Below, one piece after another: positions 168,329 through 179,347 of a stretch of DNA of 248,000 nt (its first letter is position 1; the number at the start of each line of letters is the position of its first letter). The notes under the pieces are model-generated. The model was not told where the DNA came from. It saw only the letters and a program-made list of their open reading frames with translations, and did not search any database. Source of the DNA: Hyalangium minutum (lineage in GTDB: Bacteria; Myxococcota; Myxococcia; Myxococcales; Myxococcaceae); assembly GCF_000737315.1 (NCBI RefSeq), contig NZ_JMCB01000001.1, positions 20,001-268,000 on the forward strand. The letters are read 5' to 3'. The position numbers were made by a program, and so were the translations under genes.

Positions 168329-170257
168329 GTGACCCTGCTCCGCGCCGCCAATGTCCAGCTGACCTTCGGAAGCCGTACCGTCTTCGAGGGGCTCACCCTC
168401 ACCATCGAGGAGGGTGAGCGCGTCGGCTTGGTGGGAGTGAACGGGTCGGGGAAGTCCTCGCTGATGAAGATCATGGCGGGGGTGTCGCGGCCGGACGCGG
168501 GGGAGCTTCAGCTCCGCCGTGGGGCTCGCGTCACCTACCTGCCGCAGGAGCCCGAGTTCCCCGAGGGCGCCACGGTGGCCTCGGAGCTGTCGGTGTCGCA
168601 GGGGCCGCTGAAGGAGGTGCTCACGGCGCACGCGGAGCTGAGCCGCAAGCTGGAGTCCACTCCGGCGGAGGCCCACGAGAAGCTGCTGGAGCAGCTCGCC
168701 TCGTTGAACGACCGCATCGAGCAGCTCGGCGGCTGGGACACGGAGCACCACGCGAAGATGCTGCTGGACCGGCTGGGCGTGAAGGAGTGGGACCGGCCGG
168801 TGTCTCAGCTGTCTGGCGGCTTGCGCAAGCGCGTGGCGATTGCGCGGGCGCTGCTGACGCGGCCGGACCTGCTGATGCTGGACGAGCCCACCAACCACCT
168901 GGACGCGGACACGGTGGACTGGCTCGAGGGAGAGCTGGACAAGCTCCCAGGCTCGCTGCTGCTGGTGACGCACGATCGCTACTTCCTGGACGGGCTGGTG
169001 GATCGAATTGTGGAGATCCAACCCGGCGGAGGCGTGGTCTCGTACCCGGGCAACTACGAGGCGTACATCGAGCAGAAGCTGGTGGCGCAGGAGAACGCGT
169101 CCCTGGCGCAGCACAAGCGTGAGCGGTGGATCGCGCAAGAAGTGGCCTGGCTGCGGCGAGGCCCCGAGGCGCGGCGCACGAAGAGCAAGGCGCGCATCGA
169201 TCGGGCGCGGAAGCTGATGGCAGAGAAGGGCTTCCAGCGGCCGAAGGTGGCGGAGCTGCAGGTGCTGGCGGCGCCCCGGCTCGGGCACACGGTCATCGAG
169301 GCAGAGGGGATTGGAAAGTCCTACGGCGACCGGAAGGTGCTGAAGAACGTGGACTTCCGGCTGCAGCGCGGCGAGCGCGTGGGAATCGTGGGGCCCAACG
169401 GCGTGGGCAAGACGACGTTCCTGCGGGTGTTGCTGGGCGAGCTGCCTCCGGACAGCGGGAAGCTGGTCATCGGGAAGAACACGAAGGTGGCGTACTACGA
169501 CCAGACGCGGGCCTCGCTGGATCCCGAGCAGACGGTGTACGAGGCGGCCTCTCCGGGCGAGGACTGGGTAGAGTTCGGCGACAAGAAGGTGGCCCTGCGG
169601 GACTACCTGGAAGACCTGCTGTTCCCGGTACCGATGCAGAAGCAGAAGGTGGCGGCGCTGTCGGGAGGCGAGCGCAACCGGCTGCTGCTGGCGCGGCTGT
169701 TCCTGGAAGGGGCGAACGTCCTGGTGCTGGACGAGCCCACGAACGATCTGGACATCGTGACGTTGAACGTCCTGGAGGGGCTGCTGCTGAGCTTCACGGG
169801 GAGCGTGCTGCTGGTGACCCACGACCGGTACTTCCTGGACAAGGTGGCCACGTCCATCCTGGCTTTCGAGGGAGACGGGCGGGTAGTCCGGTACGAGGGC
169901 AACTACGCGATGTACCGGCGCCTGAAGGACCAGGCGGAGGCGGCTAAAGCGGCGGAGGCCTCGGCGACAGCGCCGAAGAAGGAGGCCCCTCCCCCGTCCC
170001 AGGCCGAGGCGCCGAAGCAGGCGCGGAAGCCCGGGAAGCTCTCGTACAAGGAGCAGCGGGAGCTGGACGGAATGGAGGCGGCGATCGAGGCGGCGGAGAC
170101 GCGCAAAGCGGAGCTGGAAGCGAAGCTGGCCGACCCCACCGTCTACAGCAGCGCGACGAAGGTGCCGGAGCTGCAGCGCGAGCTGGAGACTGCGACCGTC
170201 GAGGTGGACCGGCTGTACGCGCGCTGGCAGGAACTGCAGAACCTCGTCAGCGGTTGA
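168329..170257 (+). CDS. ABC-F ATPase (Uup-like)
   Basis: two ABC cassettes, C-terminal KLSYKEQREL coiled coil. Confidence 0.9.
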   Translation: MTLLRAANVQLTFGSRTVFEGLTLTIEEGERVGLVGVNGSGKSSLMKIMAGVSRPDAGELQLRRGARVTYLPQEPEFPEGATVASELSVSQGPLKEVLTAHAELSRKLESTPAEAHEKLLEQLASLNDRIEQLGGWDTEHHAKMLLDRLGVKEWDRPVSQLSGGLRKRVAIARALLTRPDLLMLDEPTNHLDADTVDWLEGELDKLPGSLLLVTHDRYFLDGLVDRIVEIQPGGGVVSYPGNYEAYIEQKLVAQENASLAQHKRERWIAQEVAWLRRGPEARRTKSKARIDRARKLMAEKGFQRPKVAELQVLAAPRLGHTVIEAEGIGKSYGDRKVLKNVDFRLQRGERVGIVGPNGVGKTTFLRVLLGELPPDSGKLVIGKNTKVAYYDQTRASLDPEQTVYEAASPGEDWVEFGDKKVALRDYLEDLLFPVPMQKQKVAALSGGERNRLLLARLFLEGANVLVLDEPTNDLDIVTLNVLEGLLLSFTGSVLLVTHDRYFLDKVATSILAFEGDGRVVRYEGNYAMYRRLKDQAEAAKAAEASATAPKKEAPPPSQAEAPKQARKPGKLSYKEQRELDGMEAAIEAAETRKAELEAKLADPTVYSSATKVPELQRELETATVEVDRLYARWQELQNLVSG

Positions 170258-170298
170258 GCGCCGGCCGACGCCACGGAGCGAGAGAGAGGCATGATGTG

Positions 170299-171690
170299 AT
170301 GATCCATCCGAAAAGAGCAGCAGTCCCCCTGGCGCTCGCCCTGGGCGCGCTGGTGTTAGGACTGGGGTGGGCCAGCCTGCGAAAGGAGCCTTCGCCTCTC
170401 GGCGAGTCCGCGCAAGGGAACAGCCCGGGCAATCCTCAAGACGCCCAGCGCACTGGATCTTCGCAGCAGGACAAGGACGAGTACGCGCGGAAGGCCCTGG
170501 AGGCGCTGCGGGAAGCAGGCTTCACGGAGCCCCTGACCTACGATCCCGAGCGCTTCCAGATCCAAATCCCCGACGGCGAGGGCCAGCAAGCGCAGACGAT
170601 CTTCCTCGGCAATCTCTATGACGAGTACCGATCGGCGCCTCCCGAGCGGCGCGAGGTAGTGCTCCGGCACATCACGGCGATGGGCCGCGCGCCGAGCTCC
170701 CCCATCAGTTACACGTCGGCGCGCTCGTCGTTGATGCCCGTGGTGCGCCCGCGCGCGTACTTCTCACTGCTGGAGATCGTCGATCCGAAGAGCCCGCTCG
170801 GCAGCCCGAGGCCCGCGGAGTGGCGCGCGCTGGGAGAGGTGCTCTCGGTGGCGGTCGTGCTCGATACGCCGGACGCCATGAAGTACCTGGGGCAGGAGCA
170901 GTTCCAGGAGTGGGGCATCACCTTCGACGAGGCGCTCGGGGTCGCGATGGAGAACCTGCGGAGCCAGAGCGCCGAGCCGCTGTTTCCGGTGGCCCCAGGC
171001 GTTTGCGCCTCGGGGTGGCGAGACAGCTATGGCGTATCTCGCCTGCTGCTGGACGAGGTGGTGCGCCGCTGCAAGGTGCGTGGGGATCCCGTGGTCTTCG
171101 CGCCCCAGCGGGATCTGCTGCTCATCACCGGCGCGGAGGACGAGGACGGGCTGGCACAGGCCGCGGAGATCGCCCTGAAGGCCTTCCAGGCGCCGCGCTC
171201 GATCGACGGACGCGCGCTGCGGCGAACGCCCCAGGGGTGGAAGCCCTTCCTGCCCGCGCCCCAGAGCAAGGCGTGGCAGCCCATGCGCAACCTGGCGGTC
171301 TACAGCCAGGGGCGCGATTACGCGGATCAGACGGATCGGCTCCGGCAGCAACACGAACAACTCGGGGTGGAGCTCTTCGTCGCGGACTTCGTGGTCTCGG
171401 AGGAGGAGTCAGGCCAGGCGGTCAGCCAGGCAGTCTGGGTCAAGGGGCTCGACACGCTGTTGCCGCGCGTGGATCGGATCTTCTTCATGGACGAGGCGCT
171501 CGGACCCAAGGCGCCGCCCGTGGCGGTGGTGCGCTGGGAAGCGGTGAAGCGGGACATGGGGGCCCAGTTGGTGCCAGTGGAAGGAGACTATCCCGAGCGC
171601 TACCGCCCGCAGGGCTTCCCCTCCCCCGAGCAGATTGCCCGCTGGAAGAAGGATCCGAGCGCGTGGGACATGCCCCCGCCGCCTCCGTAA
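170299..171690 (+). CDS. Membrane-anchored hypothetical protein
   Basis: N-terminal TM, long ORF. Confidence 0.55.
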   Translation: MIHPKRAAVPLALALGALVLGLGWASLRKEPSPLGESAQGNSPGNPQDAQRTGSSQQDKDEYARKALEALREAGFTEPLTYDPERFQIQIPDGEGQQAQTIFLGNLYDEYRSAPPERREVVLRHITAMGRAPSSPISYTSARSSLMPVVRPRAYFSLLEIVDPKSPLGSPRPAEWRALGEVLSVAVVLDTPDAMKYLGQEQFQEWGITFDEALGVAMENLRSQSAEPLFPVAPGVCASGWRDSYGVSRLLLDEVVRRCKVRGDPVVFAPQRDLLLITGAEDEDGLAQAAEIALKAFQAPRSIDGRALRRTPQGWKPFLPAPQSKAWQPMRNLAVYSQGRDYADQTDRLRQQHEQLGVELFVADFVVSEEESGQAVSQAVWVKGLDTLLPRVDRIFFMDEALGPKAPPVAVVRWEAVKRDMGAQLVPVEGDYPERYRPQGFPSPEQIARWKKDPSAWDMPPPPP

Positions 171691-171699
171691 GGCGGCACC

Positions 171700-172496
<797 letters not shown>

Positions 172497-172500
<4 letters not shown>

Positions 172501-173075
172501 GAGGCGTCTGGCGTTTCTTCCTGCACGGCCAGAGAGAAGGGGTAGATCGAGCGGTGGCCGATGTTCGAGTGGTCGACGGTAAGGTAAAGCTCACCCGCGA
172601 TCGAAATCACCGCTTGCGGAGGGGGGCTGACCTGGCTCTTGAACCAGGCCTCGGCCTCCGGAAGCGTCGAGAAGGAGGCGACGGGTGGCGGTAGCCCTTC
172701 ACGAACACGTGCTCCGAGGAAGTACTGAAGGACGGGATGGGGAAAGATGCGGCGTTCCTGCAAATCGCGGTTGTAGACGAGCAGATGGTACTGGTCCGCA
172801 ATCAAGACGTATGCAGAAGAGGGAGGTGCAGGCTGCTCCTTCAACCAGTTCTCCGCCTCCTCGCGTGAGCCGAACGCCGCCGCGACGCGCGGAGGTTCGT
172901 CGGACGCCAGATGCTTCCGGTAATCCTCAAAGGCATAAACCTGCCCCGTGGATTCGATGAACAGAAGAGCGTCAAACAGGACGTCACGCACTTCCTGAGG
173001 AGCATGGACCGAAGCGTTTGAGCCAAGACCCGCAAGGAACTCCATGGCACTGGAAAGGAGCTTGCGCGTACTCAT
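172497..173075 (-). CDS. Hypothetical protein with internal duplication (immunity-like)
   Basis: two F.S..EAE.W...Q..PP...V.IA repeats; follows a lipoprotein gene. Confidence 0.6.
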
Positions 173076-173701
173076 TGCGCCCCCCCAGCAACACTGTCCT
173101 CGGGTTGGCTTTCGGATGACGTCATCAGCACCACGGGAGCAAGAACCAGAAGCCCAGCCCCAGCGGAGATGACCACAAAGGCGATCCCAGCAACGGTGAT
173201 GACGCTGCCCACCAAGACCTCCTTCCGGTGGCGCTTCAGCCAGTCGATCAGACCATCCACTGTCGTGAACTCCTGGGGCCGGAGCCGCTCCAGTTCCCGA
173301 CAATCATCGTAGGCCTGCTGGCATTCGCGACGGCAGAACTCCGACTTGCCGCCCATCTTGCGAGGGGACGTATAGCTTCCATACCCAGGAGGAAGAGGAC
173401 GCGACATGCATTTTTGGTAGCACTCTTGATTCTCCTGGTCACAGTCTCGAGGCCGGGCCGCAGCAGGTAGAACGCCTCCTGATCGCGCTTCGTTGGCTGA
173501 CCGAAACCGGTAGGCCGAGAAGTCGAAGCGCTCGGCGGGCTGCCACGCGTGGGTGACCTGACCATCGGGGTGCGCTTGGAGAACAAGCACGAAGTGCTCA
173601 GGATTTGCTGGGCTCGGCACTTCTGGCGAACGAGAACGGCTGGCGCTGCATGCCACCAGCAAGGTGCTCAGGCCCACGGCGAGGAGCTTCTTAAGCATCA
173701 T
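173072..173701 (-). CDS. Lipoprotein with Cys-rich domain and C-terminal TM
   Basis: lipobox LVAC; C...C...C...C...C...C. Confidence 0.65.
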   Translation of the reverse strand: MMLKKLLAVGLSTLLVACSASRSRSPEVPSPANPEHFVLVLQAHPDGQVTHAWQPAERFDFSAYRFRSANEARSGGVLPAAARPRDCDQENQECYQKCMSRPLPPGYGSYTSPRKMGGKSEFCRRECQQAYDDCRELERLRPQEFTTVDGLIDWLKRHRKEVLVGSVITVAGIAFVVISAGAGLLVLAPVVLMTSSESQPEDSVAGGAQ

Positions 173702-174060
173702 GTTGGGTCCTCTGGGGGCCATCCGCATCGATGATATAGCACCAGCCCCAGACCTGCCCCCACGCCCACCGCGGACAGGCCATGCCGCACCGCCAGCCAC
173801 ACCACCACCCTCCGCCTCGCCCCCAGCGCCATCCGCACCCGATCTCCCGAGCTCGCTGCGTCACCCGGTATGACGGCCGATGGCCCCGAAACACCCTCGG
173901 AAAGCGAGCCGGCCTCAGAGGCTCCGATTGCCTGCCTGCTCGGACGGATCCTGGCTGCCTGGAGGCTGGGGGAAGCCTCCGGCGCCGTCATCCGTTGCAG
174001 ACCGTCCCCATGGCTCCCTGGCTGTGCTAGGTAGGCCCCCTCTCTGACTTTCGAACACCT

Positions 174061-175683
174061 ATGATTCGGCTCGACAACATCGGCAAGCAGCACGGCCAGC
174101 AGATCCTCTTCGTGGAGGCCTCCGCCCAGCTCAACCGCGGCGAGAAGATTGGCCTCGTAGGCCCCAACGGCGCGGGCAAGACCACCCTCTTCCGCATGGT
174201 CATGCAGCGCGAGCACCCGGACGAAGGCCAGGTCTCCGTCGACCGGGGCGTCACCATCGGTTACTTCGACCAGGACGTGGGCGAGATGTCCGGCATGTCC
174301 GCCGTGGCCGCGACCATGGACGGCGCGGGCCCGGTCTCCGAGGTCGCCGCCGAGCTCAAGCAGCTCGAGGCCGCCATGGCCGACCCAGAGCGCATGGACG
174401 AGATGGACAAGCTCATCGAGCGCTTCGGCGTGGTGCAGGGCCGCTACGAGGAGCTGGGCGGCTACGCGCTGGAGGGCAAGGCACGGGAGATCCTCGCGGG
174501 CCTGGGCTTCACCCTGGAGATGATGGACGGGGACGTGGGGGCGCTCAGCGGTGGGTGGAAGATGCGCGTGGCGCTGGCCCGCATCCTCCTGATGCGCCCG
174601 GACGTCATGCTGCTGGACGAGCCCAGCAACCACCTCGACATCGAGTCGCTCATCTGGCTGGAGAACTTCCTCAAGGGCTACGAAGGCGCCCTGCTGATGA
174701 CCAGCCACGACCGCGAGTTCATGAACCGCGTCATCTCGAAGATCATCGAGATCGACGGTGGCACGCTGACGACGTACTCGGGCAACTACGACTTCTACGA
174801 GAAGCAGCGCGCCCAGCTCGAGCGCCAGCAGCAGGCGCAGTTCGAGCGCCAGCAGGCCATGCTCGCCAAGGAGCTGAAGTTCATCGAGCGCTTCAAGGCG
174901 CGCGCCTCGCACGCGGCCCAGGTGCAGAGCCGGGTGAAGAAGCTGGAGAAGATCGAAAAGGTGGAGCCGCCCAAGCGGCGCCAGACCCTGGTGTTCGACT
175001 TCCAGCCGCCGCCGCGCTCGGGCGACGACGTGGCGAAGCTGGAGCGGGTGGTGAAGGGCTATGGCAAGCGCCGCATCTACAGCGGGCTGGACTTCCTGGT
175101 CCGCCGCGGCGAGCGCTGGTGCGTGATGGGCGTGAACGGCGCGGGCAAGTCCACGCTGCTCAAGCTGATTGCGGGCGAGTCCCATCCGGATGACGGAGCG
175201 GTGTCGGTGGGCTCCAGCGTGAAGATGGGCTACTTCGCCCAGCACGCCATGGAGGTGCTCAAGGGCGAGCTGACGGTGTTCGAGTCCCTGGTAGAGCGGT
175301 TCCCGCGGGCTTCGCAGGGCTCGCTGCGGGCGCTGGCCGGGTGCTTCGGCTTCTCCGGCGACGAGGTGGAGAAGAAGTGCCGGGTGCTCTCCGGTGGCGA
175401 GAAGGCGCGGCTGGTGCTGGCGCAGATGCTCTACGATCCGCCCAACTTCCTGGTGCTGGACGAGCCCACCAACCACCTGGACATGGCCACCAAGCAGATG
175501 CTGATCACAGCGCTGGCCAACTACGAGGGCACCATGCTCTTCGTGAGCCACGATCGGCACTTCCTGGCGGCGCTCTCCAACCGGGTGCTGGAGCTGACGC
175601 CCGAGGGCGTGCACCAGTACGGTGGTGGTTACACGGAATACGTGTCGCGCACGGGCCAGGAGGCCCCGGGTCTCAGAAATTAA
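174061..175683 (+). CDS. ABC-F ATPase
   Basis: two ABC cassettes, LSGGW, LSGGE. Confidence 0.9.
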   Translation: MIRLDNIGKQHGQQILFVEASAQLNRGEKIGLVGPNGAGKTTLFRMVMQREHPDEGQVSVDRGVTIGYFDQDVGEMSGMSAVAATMDGAGPVSEVAAELKQLEAAMADPERMDEMDKLIERFGVVQGRYEELGGYALEGKAREILAGLGFTLEMMDGDVGALSGGWKMRVALARILLMRPDVMLLDEPSNHLDIESLIWLENFLKGYEGALLMTSHDREFMNRVISKIIEIDGGTLTTYSGNYDFYEKQRAQLERQQQAQFERQQAMLAKELKFIERFKARASHAAQVQSRVKKLEKIEKVEPPKRRQTLVFDFQPPPRSGDDVAKLERVVKGYGKRRIYSGLDFLVRRGERWCVMGVNGAGKSTLLKLIAGESHPDDGAVSVGSSVKMGYFAQHAMEVLKGELTVFESLVERFPRASQGSLRALAGCFGFSGDEVEKKCRVLSGGEKARLVLAQMLYDPPNFLVLDEPTNHLDMATKQMLITALANYEGTMLFVSHDRHFLAALSNRVLELTPEGVHQYGGGYTEYVSRTGQEAPGLRN

Positions 175684-175764
175684 GAGTCAGGGCGCGCGGG
175701 CCTTGAACTCTGGGTCCGCGCGTTTTCTACTCCCTACTCGCCGCGTAGGTTCGTAGAGTGCACG

Positions 175765-176670
175765 GTGATGGTCCGCCCGTCCCTCTCTCTCGCTCTTGTG
175801 GCGCTGTCGCTGCTGTCCACCCCGGCCCTGGCCCAGTCGCGGCTGCCCAGCTTCGACCTCCAGCGGCTCCAGTTCGAGCCCAGCGCGCTCGGCTCCTTCG
175901 TGGTGGGCACCGGCCGCACGCTGGACGCGGGTGTCTTCCGCACCTCGTTCCAGGTCCACTACGAGCAGCAGCCGCTCTCCTTCGATGAGCGCTGGGACCC
176001 AGCTGCGGGCCAATCGCTGGTGGAGGGCAAGTTCACCACCCACCTCACCGCAGCCTATGGCGTGCTGTCCTGGCTGCAGGTGGGGGCGCAGGTGCCCTTC
176101 ATCCTCAACCAGTCGGGGACTCGCACCTTCACGGCGCTGCCCCCCTCGAAGACGGGCCTGGGGACACCCTGGGTGTCGGCTCGCGTGGGGCTGCTGAGCC
176201 AGAAGAGCGGTGGGCCCATGAACCTGGCGCTCGACGTCGCGGGCGCTGTGCCTGTGGGCAGCACCGAGGCGCTCGCCAAGGATGACTACGCGCTGTACCC
176301 ACGGCTCCAGCTGGGCGTCCAGGGTTCGGGCTTCCAGGTGGGAGGCGAGGTGGGCGCCCTCGTGCGCAAGAAGGTGGACCTCGGGGTGCTCTCCCTCCGC
176401 GAGCACGACGTCATCGGCAACGAGCTCCGGATCGGTGCCACGGTGACGTCGCTCGGCGGCAAGAAGACGCGCGGCGAGCTGAGCGTGATGACGGCGCTGC
176501 CGCTCGAGGACGGGCGCATGAGCACGGAGGTGCTGCTGGCCATCCGCCGCCACGCCCTGCCCTGGCTGGACCTCTACGTGCTCGGCGGGCCGGGGATCGG
176601 CATCGCCTCGGACACGCCCTCGTTCCGTGTCATCGCCGGCGCCTCGTTCTCCAACGCGAAGATCGACTGA
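175765..176670 (+). CDS. Outer-membrane barrel-like protein
   Basis: signal peptide, F.LQR, amphipathic strands. Confidence 0.6.
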   Translation: MMVRPSLSLALVALSLLSTPALAQSRLPSFDLQRLQFEPSALGSFVVGTGRTLDAGVFRTSFQVHYEQQPLSFDERWDPAAGQSLVEGKFTTHLTAAYGVLSWLQVGAQVPFILNQSGTRTFTALPPSKTGLGTPWVSARVGLLSQKSGGPMNLALDVAGAVPVGSTEALAKDDYALYPRLQLGVQGSGFQVGGEVGALVRKKVDLGVLSLREHDVIGNELRIGATVTSLGGKKTRGELSVMTALPLEDGRMSTEVLLAIRRHALPWLDLYVLGGPGIGIASDTPSFRVIAGASFSNAKID

Positions 176671-176782
176671 CGCTCAGCGCACGTTGCGGAACGTGCCCCG
176701 GTAGAAACAACAAGGGCGGCCGTGGCACGAAGCCACGGGCCGCCCTCTTCACTTCACCGGCCCGGAACGCGGGCCGCGCCGC

Positions 176783-177466
176783 TCAATTCACATCCCAGCA
176801 GGCGGCGATCTCCTCGCAGGCGAGCGCCAGGTTGTCCAACCGGCGCTGCTGCGCCTTGGGCGCCACGTACACCTTCCCCGCGAACACGTCGAACACGCGC
176901 ACCAGGCGGTGATCCACCGGCCCCTTCTGCTGCAGGTGCTCCTCCGCGTACAGGTGCAGCACCGTGGCGATGTACTGCCCGGACTGCTCGTTCAGCGGCG
177001 TGTGCTTCGAGAAGTACAGCTTCAGCAGCCCCGAGTGCATCTGCCCGTGCCGGTCCGCGCTGCGCAGCAGGAGCTCCGGCCGCACGTTGATCGTCACGCC
177101 GCTCAGCGCCATCGGCGGGAACTCCGGACCCGCGGGGCTCGCCACCGCGTTCGTCAGCGACAGCTCGTCGGCCGCCATCAGGAAGTGCTGCAGCGCCTCC
177201 GCGCACAAAGACAGCCGGTGCGCGTCGAAGTCCGACTCGGGCTTGGCGTTCAGCATGCGGCGCTGGTGGTAGCGCAGAATCACCTCATCACGGCCGCCGC
177301 AGAGGTACTCGACGATGGCTTGCGCGGCCTCCGGGTAGCGCAGGTACTGAGGGTCCACCGGGTGCTTCTGCGCGTGGATGATGCGCTTGCGCAGCGCCGG
177401 CGTCGCCGTCAGGTACTGCCCCAGCTTGTTCACCGAGACGCTCGGATTCGCACGAATGTCAGTCAT
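176783..177466 (-). CDS. Hypothetical protein
   Basis: SVNKL..Y N-terminus; possible PD-(D/E)xK-like fold not confirmed. Confidence 0.55.
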   Translation of the reverse strand: MTDIRANPSVSVNKLGQYLTATPALRKRIIHAQKHPVDPQYLRYPEAAQAIVEYLCGGRDEVILRYHQRRMLNAKPESDFDAHRLSLCAEALQHFLMAADELSLTNAVASPAGPEFPPMALSGVTINVRPELLLRSADRHGQMHSGLLKLYFSKHTPLNEQSGQYIATVLHLYAEEHLQQKGPVDHRLVRVFDVFAGKVYVAPKAQQRRLDNLALACEEIAACWDVN

Positions 177467-177669
177467 TGTTCGACCCTTCCTTGCCGTTGCGGGAATAAAG
177501 AGAGACTACCGGTCAGGTCTGACATTCCCCGGCGAGCCAGGGTCCTCATCCCAGCGCAAAACCCACCTTGTCGCACACCTCGAATTCAGAGGGCTCCGGG
177601 CCCTACCTGCCGCGTTCCGGCGCCCGGCCGTGCGTACAATAGAAACGAAGACGTGGAGGAGACACGCGC

Positions 177670-178110
177670 GTGAAATACCCCCCCCGGCTGGGACACCTGG
177701 CCACCCGCCCCGTAGTAGTGAACCGGCTGGTGCCCACCTATGCGAAGGCCCACCAGATTGACGAACAGGAGGCCGCTCAGCGGCTGGAGCGCGCCATCGC
177801 CGGGCGCCTCTGGGAGGACCTGCTTGCGGCCACGTGGGAGGCGATGCAGAGCCGCGTGAAGCGGCTGGACGAGCAGAAGCTGCTGGAGAAGGTGTTCAAC
177901 ACGCTCGAGGATCGGCCCCTGCGCTATGGCCGGGTGGTGGAGCCCAACGCCGCCTGGAGCGCCTTCATGATGCTGCTGGACCTGGAGATCGGCACCGCGG
178001 GGGACGCGGCCCGCAAGGTGATGGAGTCCGAGCAGGGCCGGAAGATGATCAGCGCCGGGCTCGCGGAGGCGGGGATGTTCCTCGCCATCGAGCTGACCAA
178101 GGGAAAGTGA
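177670..178110 (+). CDS. Conserved myxobacterial hypothetical protein
   Basis: coding bias. Confidence 0.55.
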   Translation: MKYPPRLGHLATRPVVVNRLVPTYAKAHQIDEQEAAQRLERAIAGRLWEDLLAATWEAMQSRVKRLDEQKLLEKVFNTLEDRPLRYGRVVEPNAAWSAFMMLLDLEIGTAGDAARKVMESEQGRKMISAGLAEAGMFLAIELTKGK

Positions 178111-178223
178111 GCCCGCCTCCCCAGCGGCATTTCCACGGGGCCCAGGCTGTTGGCTCCACTCGACGACCCGAGCCGCCGTGCCCCTCGAGCAGCGGGGCGG
178201 GCGCCCCCTGAGAGACCCTGCAC

Positions 178224-179207
178224 GTGCTCATCCGGTACTCCGACTGGAAGCGGCCCACCGACGACGTCTATGCGTTCCGTCTGCGCACGGCCGCTGGCGC
178301 CGCCGAGCCAGGCGCGTTCATCCCCGCGCTGCCCGGCGTGGGGACCCAGAGCGACATCCGGGACGTCCTCCGCCGGGTGCTCGCGGACGGAGAGGCCGAG
178401 CGCTTCGAGCGCCAGATCGATCGCTGGTCCGGCCCCGAGGACGTGGTCGGAGAGGCGCGCGAGAAGCCTTACGCAGGGCAGCAGCACACCTTCGAGGAGC
178501 GCTCCCCGAGCGACACCCTCACGATGGCGGACGTGGACGCGGTGCTCCGAGGCATCGTCCTCGTGCTGCGCGGCAGCTCCGGTGCCACCGACTACGTGCT
178601 GCGTGACCACCACATGCTGGATGTGGCGCTGTACCACTATTGGACCACCGGCGAGCTGCCGAGCGCCCTCTTCCATGCAGACAGGCACTCGGACTGGTGC
178701 AAGGACAGCTACCTGGAGGCCCGCCGGCCCCAACAGGCGGCCACCTGGTGGGCGCTCATCGAGGGCCTCAAGCGCCCCAGCACCGGCGCTCCCGTGCTCT
178801 CCGAGCGGGCCGTCTTCTTCACCACCGCGGCGGCCGAGCGCTCCTCCCGGATGAGCGGGCGGGACATTGGCGCCTCGGTGCGCGTGCCCGGCTTCCTCGA
178901 TCCGGAGGGGCTCCGCTGGCCCCAGGTCCTCGAACAGCCCGGCGCCACCGAGGCGGACTGGGTCTCTCTGGATCTGGACTTCTTCCAGCCCTCACCCCAG
179001 CTCCGCGTCAGCAAGGGGCTGCTGCGAGACGCCCGCTTCCAGGGACTCCTCTCCGGCGCCCGGGTGCGCGTCTTCGTGCTCTCACCCCAGTTCACCAACG
179101 GTGGAGACCGGATCGATCCGTGGGTGATTCAGGGCCACCTGCATTCCTCGCTCCGGCTGCTCAACCTGCTGCGCCGCCCACTCCGCCTGGGGGTTCCCCA
179201 AGCCTGA
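178224..179207 (+). CDS. UPF0489-like (arginase/deacetylase fold) protein
   Basis: DHH, D.HSD, LDLDFF. Confidence 0.6.
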   Translation: MLIRYSDWKRPTDDVYAFRLRTAAGAAEPGAFIPALPGVGTQSDIRDVLRRVLADGEAERFERQIDRWSGPEDVVGEAREKPYAGQQHTFEERSPSDTLTMADVDAVLRGIVLVLRGSSGATDYVLRDHHMLDVALYHYWTTGELPSALFHADRHSDWCKDSYLEARRPQQAATWWALIEGLKRPSTGAPVLSERAVFFTTAAAERSSRMSGRDIGASVRVPGFLDPEGLRWPQVLEQPGATEADWVSLDLDFFQPSPQLRVSKGLLRDARFQGLLSGARVRVFVLSPQFTNGGDRIDPWVIQGHLHSSLRLLNLLRRPLRLGVPQA

Positions 179208-179347
179208 GGCAGGCGTGTCAGCCGGCATGTCATTTCTTCGGCCTTCCAACGAGATTCCACTGTCACGGAACCTCTTGCGATAGCAGTTCCCATTTTTCTG
179301 AAACCCGATGACAATCTCCCCCCTCTGCAGTTGGGGATGGGTCATCG